A DNA stretch of 54,019 nucleotides, taken from positions 1 through 54,019 of the forward strand of contig JADHWH010000004.1 of NCBI GenBank assembly GCA_016783555.1, in the 5' to 3' direction. Made by a program: the position numbers and the translations under genes. The notes below the pieces were generated by a model. It saw only the letters and a list, made by a program, of their open reading frames with translations. It was not told the DNA's origin and searched no databases. Within the stretch, counting starts at the first letter, position 1. Every line of letters begins with the position of its first letter. Source of the stretch: Candidatus Omnitrophota bacterium (lineage in GTDB: Bacteria; Omnitrophota; Gorgyraeia; JABMRJ01). Of this stretch, positions 20,252-27,886 are shown piece by piece.

Positions 20252-20304
20252 ATATAGTAGAATAGCATATAATAGCATATATGAAGATGGCTCTTTAATA
20301 TGAT

Positions 20305-20448
20305 CTTCTCGATAAAGGCAAACTGTCTGAAAGGATAGGGCGCAAAGCTACGAGCCTAAAGCGAGGTCACGCTAAAGCGTGACCTACAGCAGAAGTCACA
20401 CTAAAGTGTGACCTACAGCTGCTAAGGTAGTCGGGCTGCCGAAAGAAG
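20305..20448 (+). ncRNA. Cyclic di-GMP-I (GEMM) riboswitch with REP-like insertions in the variable loop
   Basis: GGCAAAC-TGTCT-GAAA-GGATA-GGGCGCAAAGCTACGAGCCTAA...GGTAGTCGGGCTGCCGAA; P1 CTTCTCG/CGAAAGAAG. Confidence 0.85.
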
Positions 20449-20465
20449 CCATTTATGTTATAATG

Positions 20466-20495
20466 GCCCTAATGCCCTATGATTAGGGCTTTTTT
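20466..20495 (+). terminator. Intrinsic terminator 1 downstream of the riboswitch
   Basis: GCCCTAAT/ATTAGGGC stem followed by TTTTTT. Confidence 0.7.
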
Positions 20496-20542
20496 GTTAT
20501 AATATAAGGCTAATTGCTAAAAGCCGCTTTTTGTGCTATAAT

Positions 20543-20573
20543 AAGCCCTAATGTCTCAGATTAGGGCTTTTTT
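20543..20573 (+). terminator. Intrinsic terminator 2 (duplicate of terminator 1)
   Basis: AAGCCCTAAT/ATTAGGGCTT stem plus T tract. Confidence 0.7.
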
Positions 20574-20598
20574 ATTAATGGTAAGGTGGTGAAAGAAG

Positions 20599-21321
20599 AT
20601 GACTCTCAAGTGTAAGGCAAATAAGACGCAGTGGCCGGCGATGATGAAGATATTAATCTTAATCAGCGTGCTAGTTATGCCGTTTTATTTAGCCGGTAAC
20701 GCATCTGCCGCGTCCGATTCCCGCGAGAAAAGAGAGATAGGGTATAGCCGCCATATTAATATCGATACCGGCCAGACAAAGTGGAGAGTCGCCGCCACCG
20801 AGATAAAGAGGTCGGCCTTGTCAAAACAGAGGGTCTTAGAAGTTCTTGCCAAAGAGAATATAAAACGTATCGAAGAGTATGCGGAATGGCTGGTGAAGAA
20901 TGTAGCATACCGGCGGGACAAAAAGAGCGATACGTGGTCCTTACCGGAAGAGACGCTCGCGAGAAGATACGGGGATTGCGAAGACCTCGCCTTTTTGAAC
21001 AGAGAGGTCCTTGGCGCCTTAGGTTATCAGCCCCAGGTAGTAGCGTTTAGAAAAAAGAACTGGGAAAAATGGCACGCTATCTGCGTCTTCGAGAAAGAAG
21101 GCCGCTATCTCTATTTTGATAATCGCAGGCTTAAGGATACCCCCGCGGCTTCAATGGAGCAATTCGCAAAAGAGATCGGCGCAGAGGGTAATATAGTTGC
21201 ATTTGGCTCTTTTGGCATAACCGAGGTATTGCAGAAGACCATAAACTTAAAAGATATTGCCAGAGGAACGAAGTTCGAGAAGAAGGATGGAAGCGTATAT
21301 ATTGTCGCAGGACGATATTAA
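20599..21321 (+). CDS. Secreted transglutaminase-like cysteine protease (BTLCP/LapG-like)
   Basis: Signal peptide (likely start near 20641); DTWSLPEETLARRYGDCEDLA, WHAIC, YFDN catalytic triad. Confidence 0.75.
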   Translation: MTLKCKANKTQWPAMMKILILISVLVMPFYLAGNASAASDSREKREIGYSRHINIDTGQTKWRVAATEIKRSALSKQRVLEVLAKENIKRIEEYAEWLVKNVAYRRDKKSDTWSLPEETLARRYGDCEDLAFLNREVLGALGYQPQVVAFRKKNWEKWHAICVFEKEGRYLYFDNRRLKDTPAASMEQFAKEIGAEGNIVAFGSFGITEVLQKTINLKDIARGTKFEKKDGSVYIVAGRY

Positions 21322-21383
21322 AAACCCCGCCCAGCAAGTTACTGCCATGTATAAAATCCCTCTATAGAAAATATATATTATTC

Positions 21384-21419
21384 CAGCCGTAGGGCACCCT
21401 TAAGGGTGCCCTACGGCTG
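21384..21419. repeat. GTAG-type REP-like perfect palindrome (family C)
   Basis: CAGCCGTAGGGCACCCTTAAGGGTGCCCTACGGCTG, 36 bp. Confidence 0.9.
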
Positions 21420-21439
21420 TGGATAACTTCAAATCTCCC

Positions 21440-21468
21440 TTGAAATCATCTCTTAAATAATGTATAAT
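21440..21468 (+). promoter_or_regulatory. sigma70 promoter for the tRNA cluster
   Basis: TTGAAA-17 nt-TATAAT. Confidence 0.65.
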
Positions 21469-21479
21469 TAGCAACATAA

Positions 21480-21531
21480 TGGGGACACTTCTCTTAGCAT
21501 TAGAGAATATGCATGATGAGAAGTGTCCCCA
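21480..21531. repeat. GGGGACAC-type inverted repeat
   Basis: TGGGGACACTTCTC / GAGAAGTGTCCCCA perfect 14-bp arms. Confidence 0.75.
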
Positions 21532-21558
21532 GCGATGATATATTACTAACATAGAAGT

Positions 21559-21635
21559 GGGGCCATAGCTCAATTGGTTAGAGCATCTGACTCATAATCA
21601 GGTGGTTCAAGGTTCAAGTCCTTGTGGCCCCACCA
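21559..21635 (+). tRNA. tRNA with CAT anticodon, most likely tRNA-Ile2 (lysidine)
   Basis: GGGGCCA/TGGCCCC acceptor stem, TCTGA-CTCATAA-TCAGG anticodon arm, GGTTCAAGTCC T arm, encoded CCA. Confidence 0.93.
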
Positions 21636-21830
21636 GTTTCTCAAGTGAGGTTATTGGGGACTTGAAGCTCGCGAGCGCCGAGCAAAGCGAGGAAAAGGCC
21701 TGTAGCCGCGAAGCGGCGCGGCCGTAAGCGAGCGAGGTGAGCCTACGCAGCGAGCGCATAAGCGCGAGCGTAGTAGGCAAGTCCTTGTGGCCCCACCAGT
21801 CTTACACATGATGCTTGGGTGGACTTGAAG
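21615..21830 (+). mobile_element. 163-bp structured element with duplicated tRNA 3' end (attL/attR-like)
   Basis: 23-bp direct repeat CAAGTCCTTGTGGCCCCACCAGT at 21615-21637 and 21778-21800; GGACTTGAAG at 21658 and 21821 (same 163-bp offset). Confidence 0.75.
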
Positions 21831-21831
21831 T

Positions 21832-21908
21832 GGGCGATTAGCTCAGTCGGTTAGAGCGTGTGCCTCACATGCACAAGGTCAGTGGTTCGAGCCCACTATC
21901 GCCCACCA
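21832..21908 (+). tRNA. tRNA-Val(CAC)
   Basis: GGGCGAT/ATCGCCC acceptor stem, TGTGC-CTCACAT-GCACA anticodon arm, encoded CCA. Confidence 0.95.
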
Positions 21909-22027
21909 TTCTGCTTCGCCGAGCTTAAGAAGTTCAAAGAAGCTTGGCTTCGCAGAATTTTTGGCGAAGCAGAATGTTCTACGAAGCCCAAGACTTCTAT
22001 GAAATTCTTTTATGGGCGAAGTAGAAC
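21908..22027. repeat. Two adjacent CTTCGCC/GGCGAAG-type palindromic units
   Basis: ATTCTGCTTCGCC..GGCGAAGCAGAAT (21908-21975); GTTCTAC..GCCCA..TGGGC..GTAGAAC (21976-22027). Confidence 0.7.
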
Positions 22028-22038
22028 ACATATATATT

Positions 22039-22749
22039 ATGAATATAGCTGAACAGATAAAATCGTTGGTAGAGTTACAAAAGCTGGATTCCCAAATCTA
22101 TAAGCACAATATGAGAAAGGGGAGGATCCCCCTCTTAATAAAGGAGTTAGAAGACGGCTTCCAAAAAAAGGGAGAAGCCTTAAAAGAGGAGGATAGCAAC
22201 CTAAAGTCATTACTGGTTAGGCAGAAGGAGAAGGAGAATGATTTGGCGTCAAAAGAGGAGACAATAAAAAAGTGCGAGGGGCAGCTTTATCAGATTAAGA
22301 CAAATAAAGAATATACCGCTATGCAGCAGGAGATAAAGGGCTACGGGGCTGATAAGTCAGTATTGGAAGACGATATCTTGGCCCTTTTAGACGAGACAGA
22401 GGCGAAGAAGAGGATTATCGAGCAGCACAAGGCAGCCCTGAAGGACGAAGAGAAGAAGCTGGGCGAGGAGAAAGAGAAGGTCAACGCCGAGCTAAAAGAG
22501 ATAGAGGAGAAGCTAAACTCCTTGAATGCTCAACGAAGCGAAATGACATCCAAGATAGACAGGGGGATGCTGAGCAAATATGAAAGGGTGCTAAAAGGAA
22601 AAGACGGACTTGCAATGGTCCCTGTGGTCGAAGATTCCTGCGGAGGGTGCAATCTCAACCTGCCGCCGCAGGTTATAAATGAGATAAAGATGGAAAAAGA
22701 CCTTGTGTTCTGCGAGTCTTGTGCGCGAATATTATATATTGAGGAATAG
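22039..22749 (+). CDS. Coiled-coil C4 zinc-ribbon protein (CT398/HP0958-like)
   Basis: LVELQKLD start, long coiled coil, CGGC..CESC; upstream ATG 22012 lies inside a repeat. Confidence 0.88.
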   Translation: MNIAEQIKSLVELQKLDSQIYKHNMRKGRIPLLIKELEDGFQKKGEALKEEDSNLKSLLVRQKEKENDLASKEETIKKCEGQLYQIKTNKEYTAMQQEIKGYGADKSVLEDDILALLDETEAKKRIIEQHKAALKDEEKKLGEEKEKVNAELKEIEEKLNSLNAQRSEMTSKIDRGMLSKYERVLKGKDGLAMVPVVEDSCGGCNLNLPPQVINEIKMEKDLVFCESCARILYIEE

Positions 22750-23175
22750 ATGCCTGAGAGACTCTTAATCTATATTGACGGTGCGGCAAGAGGTAATCCC
22801 GGTCCTGCGGGAATCGGCGTAGTTATATTGGACGAAAATAAGAATAAGGTTAAGGAATATTCAAAGCACTTAGGAAGCGCCACAAATAACACCGCCGAAT
22901 ATAACGCCCTTATATACGCCCTGCAAGAGGCGCATATGCTGGGGGTAAAGGATGTAGTGCTGCACACAGACAGCGAACTTGTAGCCAAACAGCTTAAGGG
23001 CGAATTCAGGGTCAAGAATGCAAATATAAAACCGTTATTTGAGCAGGCGGTACATCTTATAAATGGTTTTGAGAAGGTAGAAGTTAAGAGAATCGACCGT
23101 TCTTTGAATAAAGAGGCCGACAGATTAGCCAATAAGGCGATAAATCTGTCGGGACTTAAGACAAAGATTGAATGA
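22750..23175 (+). CDS. rnhA: Ribonuclease HI family protein
   Basis: IDGAARGNPGPAG, TNNTAEY, DSELV, NKEADRLAN. Confidence 0.9.
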   Translation: MPERLLIYIDGAARGNPGPAGIGVVILDENKNKVKEYSKHLGSATNNTAEYNALIYALQEAHMLGVKDVVLHTDSELVAKQLKGEFRVKNANIKPLFEQAVHLINGFEKVEVKRIDRSLNKEADRLANKAINLSGLKTKIE

Positions 23176-23356
23176 GGCCATGATTTACGAAAATCTTTGA
23201 TTTTCGTAAATCATATGGCCGAATTCAACCCTTGACATTTTTTTATGCGAGAACTTCAGAAAAATGTCAAGGGTTCAATTCGCACATTCAGAGAAGAGTT
23301 TCATAGAAGATGAAGTTACGAAAAATCAAGGATTTTTCGTAACTTCAGTGCTCATT
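23171..23356. mobile_element. Family A four-way-junction element, copy A3
   Basis: AATGA|GGCC..GGCC|GAATT..AATTC|GCAC..GTGC|TCATT; flanked by TGA/TGA; supplies the rnhA stop codon. Confidence 0.88.
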
Positions 23357-23359
23357 GAA

Positions 23360-23805
23360 GAGGGGTAGATCGGGTGGTCGCCCTTGACATTCGCGCATTG
23401 CGCGAATGTCAAGGGAGGAAAGTCCGAGCTCCATAGAGCGGCGTAGCGGGTAATGCCCGTCGGTCGAAAGGCCAGGATCAGAGCAACAGAGACAACGACT
23501 CCCCCCGTCTCGCTATTGTAAAATACGGCGAGACGGGGCAGAGGGTGAAAAGATGCAATCTCTACGCGGAGCAAGACCAAATAGGTCCCGAATCACCCTT
23601 CGACAAGCTCAGGGTGATCCTGAGCAAGGTCGCCGAAGGCGACCGCGTCGAAGGATCAGAAGCTGCTCGTTTCTACCGGTAAGACGTCGGTGTCGGGACG
23701 GGTTAGGTCGCTTGAGCCTTGTGGCAACATAAGGCCCAGATGGATGATCACTAACAGGCATCTAAGGTGCTTGCTTACAGAACTCGGCTTACAGATCTGC
23801 CCCTC
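23360..23805 (+). ncRNA. rnpB: RNase P RNA (type A-like, with insertions; P13/P14 apparently absent)
   Basis: P1 GAGGGGTAGATC/GATCTGCCCCTC, GAGGAAAGTCCGAGCTC, GCAACAGAGAC, GGAGCAAGACCAAATAGG, ACAGAACTCGGCTTAC. Confidence 0.95.
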
Positions 23806-23812
23806 ATTATTA

Positions 23813-23841
23813 TTGACAAAAATCCCATAATGTGGTATTAT
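23813..23841 (+). promoter_or_regulatory. sigma70 promoter
   Basis: TTGACA-17 nt-TATTAT. Confidence 0.65.
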
Positions 23842-23972
23842 AAAAGACGATGAGATTGCCGTGGAAGGCCACGGTTCCTAATGATGCAGACCAGGTAACC
23901 AGATGAAAAGGACGGTGGCCTGGTTTATCTATTTGTATTAAAACTGATTTTAAAAAGGTTTTACTTACAGAG

Positions 23973-24788
23973 ATGAAAAGAGATATATCGGTAATATTAA
24001 TAATGGGCTTTACTCTTATTCTTTCGGCCAGCCCTGCGTATTCCGACGATGGCATGGACCGGATAAGGGCGGTAGAATCGACCTTCTATCTGGTGGAAGC
24101 AATATTCGGCAATGCGCGATTTGTGAATTTAGACTTAAATAGCATGATGGATATAGAAGACCTTAGAGGCCCTCTCAACCATAAACTCATTTCCGAAGTC
24201 GTAGGTTCGCTCATAAAGAACGGAGGATTGACCCGGGGCAGGCTATGGGTGCATAGATCGCATTACAGGACGGTAGAAAGGTGGAGCAGGCTCAGCCGCC
24301 TTATCCCGTTAGATAGAATAGCGGTATATGATGAAATAGACGAACTTATAGCTGACTTAGATACAGACAATGACGTCGCCATTTTACCGAGGGTCGATCT
24401 CGAGCGATTGGCAAGGGATCTATTTAAAGAGAGAGGAGGCCTCAGAGAGGCTGTAGTGCTGGCCCCTTTAAAGGTAAGATTGGAATACATGGATCAAATC
24501 CTGATCTCTCTTATGCTTATGAGGGAATTGAAGGAGGCGTATCAGGAAGCAGGAGATCCTTTAGGGTTGTGCGCGATACCTCAATTCAAGACACTAAAGG
24601 CGTTGCTGGAATCCCTATTTGCAATGAGGGCGGGATTTGAAGACAGAGACATCTTATATATGATACCGCAGGCCGGGCTCTCATTTGAGATGAGGATTTT
24701 TGCCATACTCCAAAATTCGCTTCTTCCTATAAGAAGGGAAGATATTGAGCGTATAAGGGCAGCCCAGGCTACAGTAAGAAGTATATAA
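23973..24788 (+). CDS. Hypothetical secreted protein
   Basis: 271-aa ORF with Sec-type signal peptide (SASPAYS|D) and own promoter; no family recognised. Confidence 0.7.
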   Translation: MKRDISVILIMGFTLILSASPAYSDDGMDRIRAVESTFYLVEAIFGNARFVNLDLNSMMDIEDLRGPLNHKLISEVVGSLIKNGGLTRGRLWVHRSHYRTVERWSRLSRLIPLDRIAVYDEIDELIADLDTDNDVAILPRVDLERLARDLFKERGGLREAVVLAPLKVRLEYMDQILISLMLMRELKEAYQEAGDPLGLCAIPQFKTLKALLESLFAMRAGFEDRDILYMIPQAGLSFEMRIFAILQNSLLPIRREDIERIRAAQATVRSI

Positions 24789-24905
24789 TTATATTATAGA
24801 GGCAGTTATCTAAGACACTTTCTATTCTATTAATGATAACCGTCTCTTTTTTTATTGTTATTTTAGCGTAATTATGATAATATATTATAGTATAAAGGAG
24901 ATAGA

Positions 24906-25691
24906 ATGCAGATTCACCCGACAGCAATTGTTGACAAAGACGCAAAGATAGGCAATAACGTTTCCATAGGCCCATATAGTGTTATTGAGGGCGGTGTCGA
25001 GATAGGGGATGATACCAAGCTATGGCAAAATGTCTACGTGGCAAAGGGTACGACAATAGGCAGGAAATGCCAGATACACATGGGCGCGGTATTAGGCCAC
25101 GAGCCGCAGGATGTCACCTTTCAAAAGAAACCCTCGTATTTAAAAATAGGCGACGGGAATATCATAAGAGAATTCGTCACTATACATAGGGGTACTAAAG
25201 AAAATTCCTCCACCAAAATAGGCGACGATAATTTTATTATGGGCCTTTGTCATATCGCGCACAATTGCGAGCTCGGTAATAAGATAGTCATGTGTAACAG
25301 CTCTTTACTGGCAGGTTACGTCGGCGTCGGGGATATGGTATTTATGTCGGGCAATTGCGTGGTGCACCAGTTCGTAAGAATAGGAAGACTCGTCATGGTC
25401 AGCGGCTCTGCCAGGGTAGGAAAAGATGTACCGCCCTTTATGATAACAGAGAGAGAATCGGCCATTGCATCATATAATGCGGTCGGTATTAAACGCGCGG
25501 GCCTTGACGTAGAGACGCGAAACGAGATAAAAAAAGCATTTACCATATTATACCTCTCAGGCCTCAATATTAAAAGCGCCCTTGAAAAGATGGAAAGCCA
25601 ACTGAATTCACCCGAGATTAAGCATTTCGTAGAATTCATTCGCGCATCTAAAAAGAGAGGCGTCTGTAATTACAGCAGGCGAAGGACCTAG
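24906..25691 (+). CDS. lpxA: Acyl-ACP--UDP-GlcNAc O-acyltransferase
   Basis: IHPTAIVD, hexapeptide repeats, GHEPQD, REFVTIHRGT, HIAHNC, VHQFVRIG. Confidence 0.95.
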   Translation: MQIHPTAIVDKDAKIGNNVSIGPYSVIEGGVEIGDDTKLWQNVYVAKGTTIGRKCQIHMGAVLGHEPQDVTFQKKPSYLKIGDGNIIREFVTIHRGTKENSSTKIGDDNFIMGLCHIAHNCELGNKIVMCNSSLLAGYVGVGDMVFMSGNCVVHQFVRIGRLVMVSGSARVGKDVPPFMITERESAIASYNAVGIKRAGLDVETRNEIKKAFTILYLSGLNIKSALEKMESQLNSPEIKHFVEFIRASKKRGVCNYSRRRT

Positions 25692-25858
25692 GACCTACCA
25701 AACTTAACCCCTCCCGACCGCAAAAAAGTGACAAATCTTCATTTCTTGTGATTTTTTACTCTACACAATATATTGAGCTCTAACCCCCCTAAAACACACC
25801 TAATTGTAGCTAAAAGCACAGCTATAAAAAGTATTAAAAAAATATTTAAAAAGTCCTC

Positions 25859-25916
25859 TTGACATTAAATATACATAATGTATACTTATTGTGGTACAAA
25901 GTGGAGGAAAGTGGTG
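25859..25916 (+). promoter_or_regulatory. dcw promoter with three MraZ-binding repeats
   Basis: TTGACA-16 nt-TATACT; GTGG at 25891, 25901 and 25911 (10-nt period). Confidence 0.8.
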
Positions 25917-25920
25917 AATA

Positions 25921-26358
25921 ATGTTCTACGGTGAATTTGATCATACCTTAGACAAGAAAGGGCGTTTGATACTGCCTTCAAAGATCAGAGAGACAGCGAA
26001 GGCCAATTACATAGAAAAATTCTACGTAACACGAGGCCTCGATAAATGTCTCTTTTTATTTTCTGAAGAGGAGTGGAAGACGCAGGAGGCAAAATTTAAG
26101 TCTCTCTCTTTTACTAAGAAAGAGGCGAGGCGTTTCAATAGATTGTTCTTTTCTGGCGCGGTTGAGGTGACGCCTGACGGGCAGGGGAGGATACTCCTTC
26201 CGAAATACCTCAAGGATTATGCCGGGATTAAAAGAGATGTAATAATCACCGGCGTCTCTAACAGAATCGAGATATGGGATAGACACAGCTGGGAGAAATT
26301 TTACGACGAAAATAAAGATTCATTTGAAGAGACCGCAGAAAAATTGATAGATCTCTAG
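25921..26358 (+). CDS. mraZ: Division/cell-wall cluster transcriptional regulator
   Basis: MFYGEFDHTLDKKGRL, DGQGRILLP, RIEIW. Confidence 0.97.
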   Translation: MFYGEFDHTLDKKGRLILPSKIRETAKANYIEKFYVTRGLDKCLFLFSEEEWKTQEAKFKSLSFTKKEARRFNRLFFSGAVEVTPDGQGRILLPKYLKDYAGIKRDVIITGVSNRIEIWDRHSWEKFYDENKDSFEETAEKLIDL

Positions 26359-26372
26359 AAAGGAGACAGGTT

Positions 26373-26570
26373 ATGACTATAAGGGATATAAAAGAGATGT
26401 ATAAAGATAAAGGCGACGATCTTGTCTTTATAAGAACCGACACATTGGTCGAAAGGCTGCGGCGTCTGCGCGCGCTCAATACCGGCCTTTCAAATACCGG
26501 AGTCACGCGGCGCATATGGAATGGCTGCGTGATTGAAGAAGCCGCGCGTACTAAGAAAAAAAGATTTTAA
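26373..26570 (+). CDS. Small basic hypothetical protein
   Basis: AAAGGAG ribosome-binding site; fills the mraZ-rsmH gap on the operon strand. Confidence 0.55.
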   Translation: MTIRDIKEMYKDKGDDLVFIRTDTLVERLRRLRALNTGLSNTGVTRRIWNGCVIEEAARTKKKRF

Positions 26571-26578
26571 GAATAGAT

Positions 26579-27451
26579 GTGCATCAGTCGGTATTATTAC
26601 ATGAGGTAATCGAAAATTTAAATTTAGCCCCGGGCAAGAAGATTCTGGACTGCACACTCGGAGGCGGCGGGCATGCCAGGGCGATATTGGAAGAGATCAC
26701 TCCCGGCGGAAAGCTGATAGGGATAGATCAGGACGAAGGGGCATTAAGTATAGCCGCCGGCAATTTGAAAGATTTTGGGGACGAAGCAATCTTCGTCCAC
26801 GGTAATTTTAGAAATTTAAATTCAATATTTAATAAACTTGATATAGGTGAAGTTGATGGAATTCTATTCGATTTGGGTCTGTCTTCTCTTCAGCTGGAAG
26901 AAAAAGAGAGAGGGTTCAGCATAAAGCTCGACGGGCCTCTTGATATGAGGATGAACAAGAGGCAGAAACTTGACGCTGCGCAATTGTTAAACAGCCTTAG
27001 CGAACTTGAAATCGCGGATATACTCAAGAGATTCGGCGAAGAGCGTTTTGCGAAGCGTATAGCAAGGGCCATTGTCAGAAGAAGGCCTGTAAGGAGAACG
27101 CGCGAACTCATCAAGCTGGTCGTGAATGCCGTGCCTTACAAGGCCAGGCACGGAAGGATACATCTGGCGACAAGAACATTTCAGGCGCTGAGGATAGCGG
27201 TCAATGACGAATTGGAGTCGCTAAGTTCCGGTTTAGATGCGGCGGTAAGGTTTCTTAAAAAGAACGGAAGGATATGTGTTATATCCTTTCATTCTCTCGA
27301 AGATAGAATCGTAAAGAATAGATATAAAGATTACAAGATGAAGAATATCTTAAAGATCATCACAAAGAAGCCCCTAACGCCCCAGGATGAAGAGGTCTTA
27401 GTAAACCCGCGCTCGCGCAGCGCAAAGCTCAGGGTAGCGGAGAAAGTATGA
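26579..27451 (+). CDS. rsmH: 16S rRNA m4C1402 methyltransferase
   Basis: HQSVLL, DCTLGGGGH, DLGLSSLQL, FQALRIAVN, SFHSLEDR, NPRSRSAKLR. Confidence 0.97.
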   Translation: MHQSVLLHEVIENLNLAPGKKILDCTLGGGGHARAILEEITPGGKLIGIDQDEGALSIAAGNLKDFGDEAIFVHGNFRNLNSIFNKLDIGEVDGILFDLGLSSLQLEEKERGFSIKLDGPLDMRMNKRQKLDAAQLLNSLSELEIADILKRFGEERFAKRIARAIVRRRPVRRTRELIKLVVNAVPYKARHGRIHLATRTFQALRIAVNDELESLSSGLDAAVRFLKKNGRICVISFHSLEDRIVKNRYKDYKMKNILKIITKKPLTPQDEEVLVNPRSRSAKLRVAEKV

Positions 27452-27819
27452 AGATAATAAAATTTATAATATTGGTCATTTTTATTACGAGCACAACCTT
27501 TTTGTATGCCCATCAGAGGATCGAGGCGATGAGATTGAGCTATGAGATAAACAAAAAAGAGGTCTCTCTTGATAAGCTTCTTGACCAGAGGAAAGAACTG
27601 GAGTATAATGTAGCCAAGTTAAAAGCGCCTACTTATCTAGAACTGCAGTTGGCAAAAAGAGATGTGAAACTGGTTCTACCTGAGCGCTGGCAGGTCTTTG
27701 AAGTATCGGGCATGACAGAAAAAGCTGATAAAAATTTGCCAATGCCGCTGTTTGTGCGTAATATCGTAGGCCTCTTTTCTTTTGACAAAGAAGCACAGGC
27801 TACGCCCGCATCACATTAG
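27448..27819 (+). CDS. ftsL: Cell division protein FtsL-like
   Basis: Single TM plus coiled coil, between rsmH and the PBP gene. Confidence 0.7.
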   Translation: MKIIKFIILVIFITSTTFLYAHQRIEAMRLSYEINKKEVSLDKLLDQRKELEYNVAKLKAPTYLELQLAKRDVKLVLPERWQVFEVSGMTEKADKNLPMPLFVRNIVGLFSFDKEAQATPASH

Positions 27820-27886
27820 ACTTGCCAAAACCCATACTCAGAAGACCGCCGCGCTTAACCCATTTAAGTTTTAGGGGAAAGGCAAA

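Noticed and set aside
21559-21635. Initiator or elongator tRNA-Met
   Set aside because: No C1:A72 mismatch or GGG/CCC anticodon stem; acceptor stem and CTCATAA loop resemble Ile2, though elongator Met is not fully excluded
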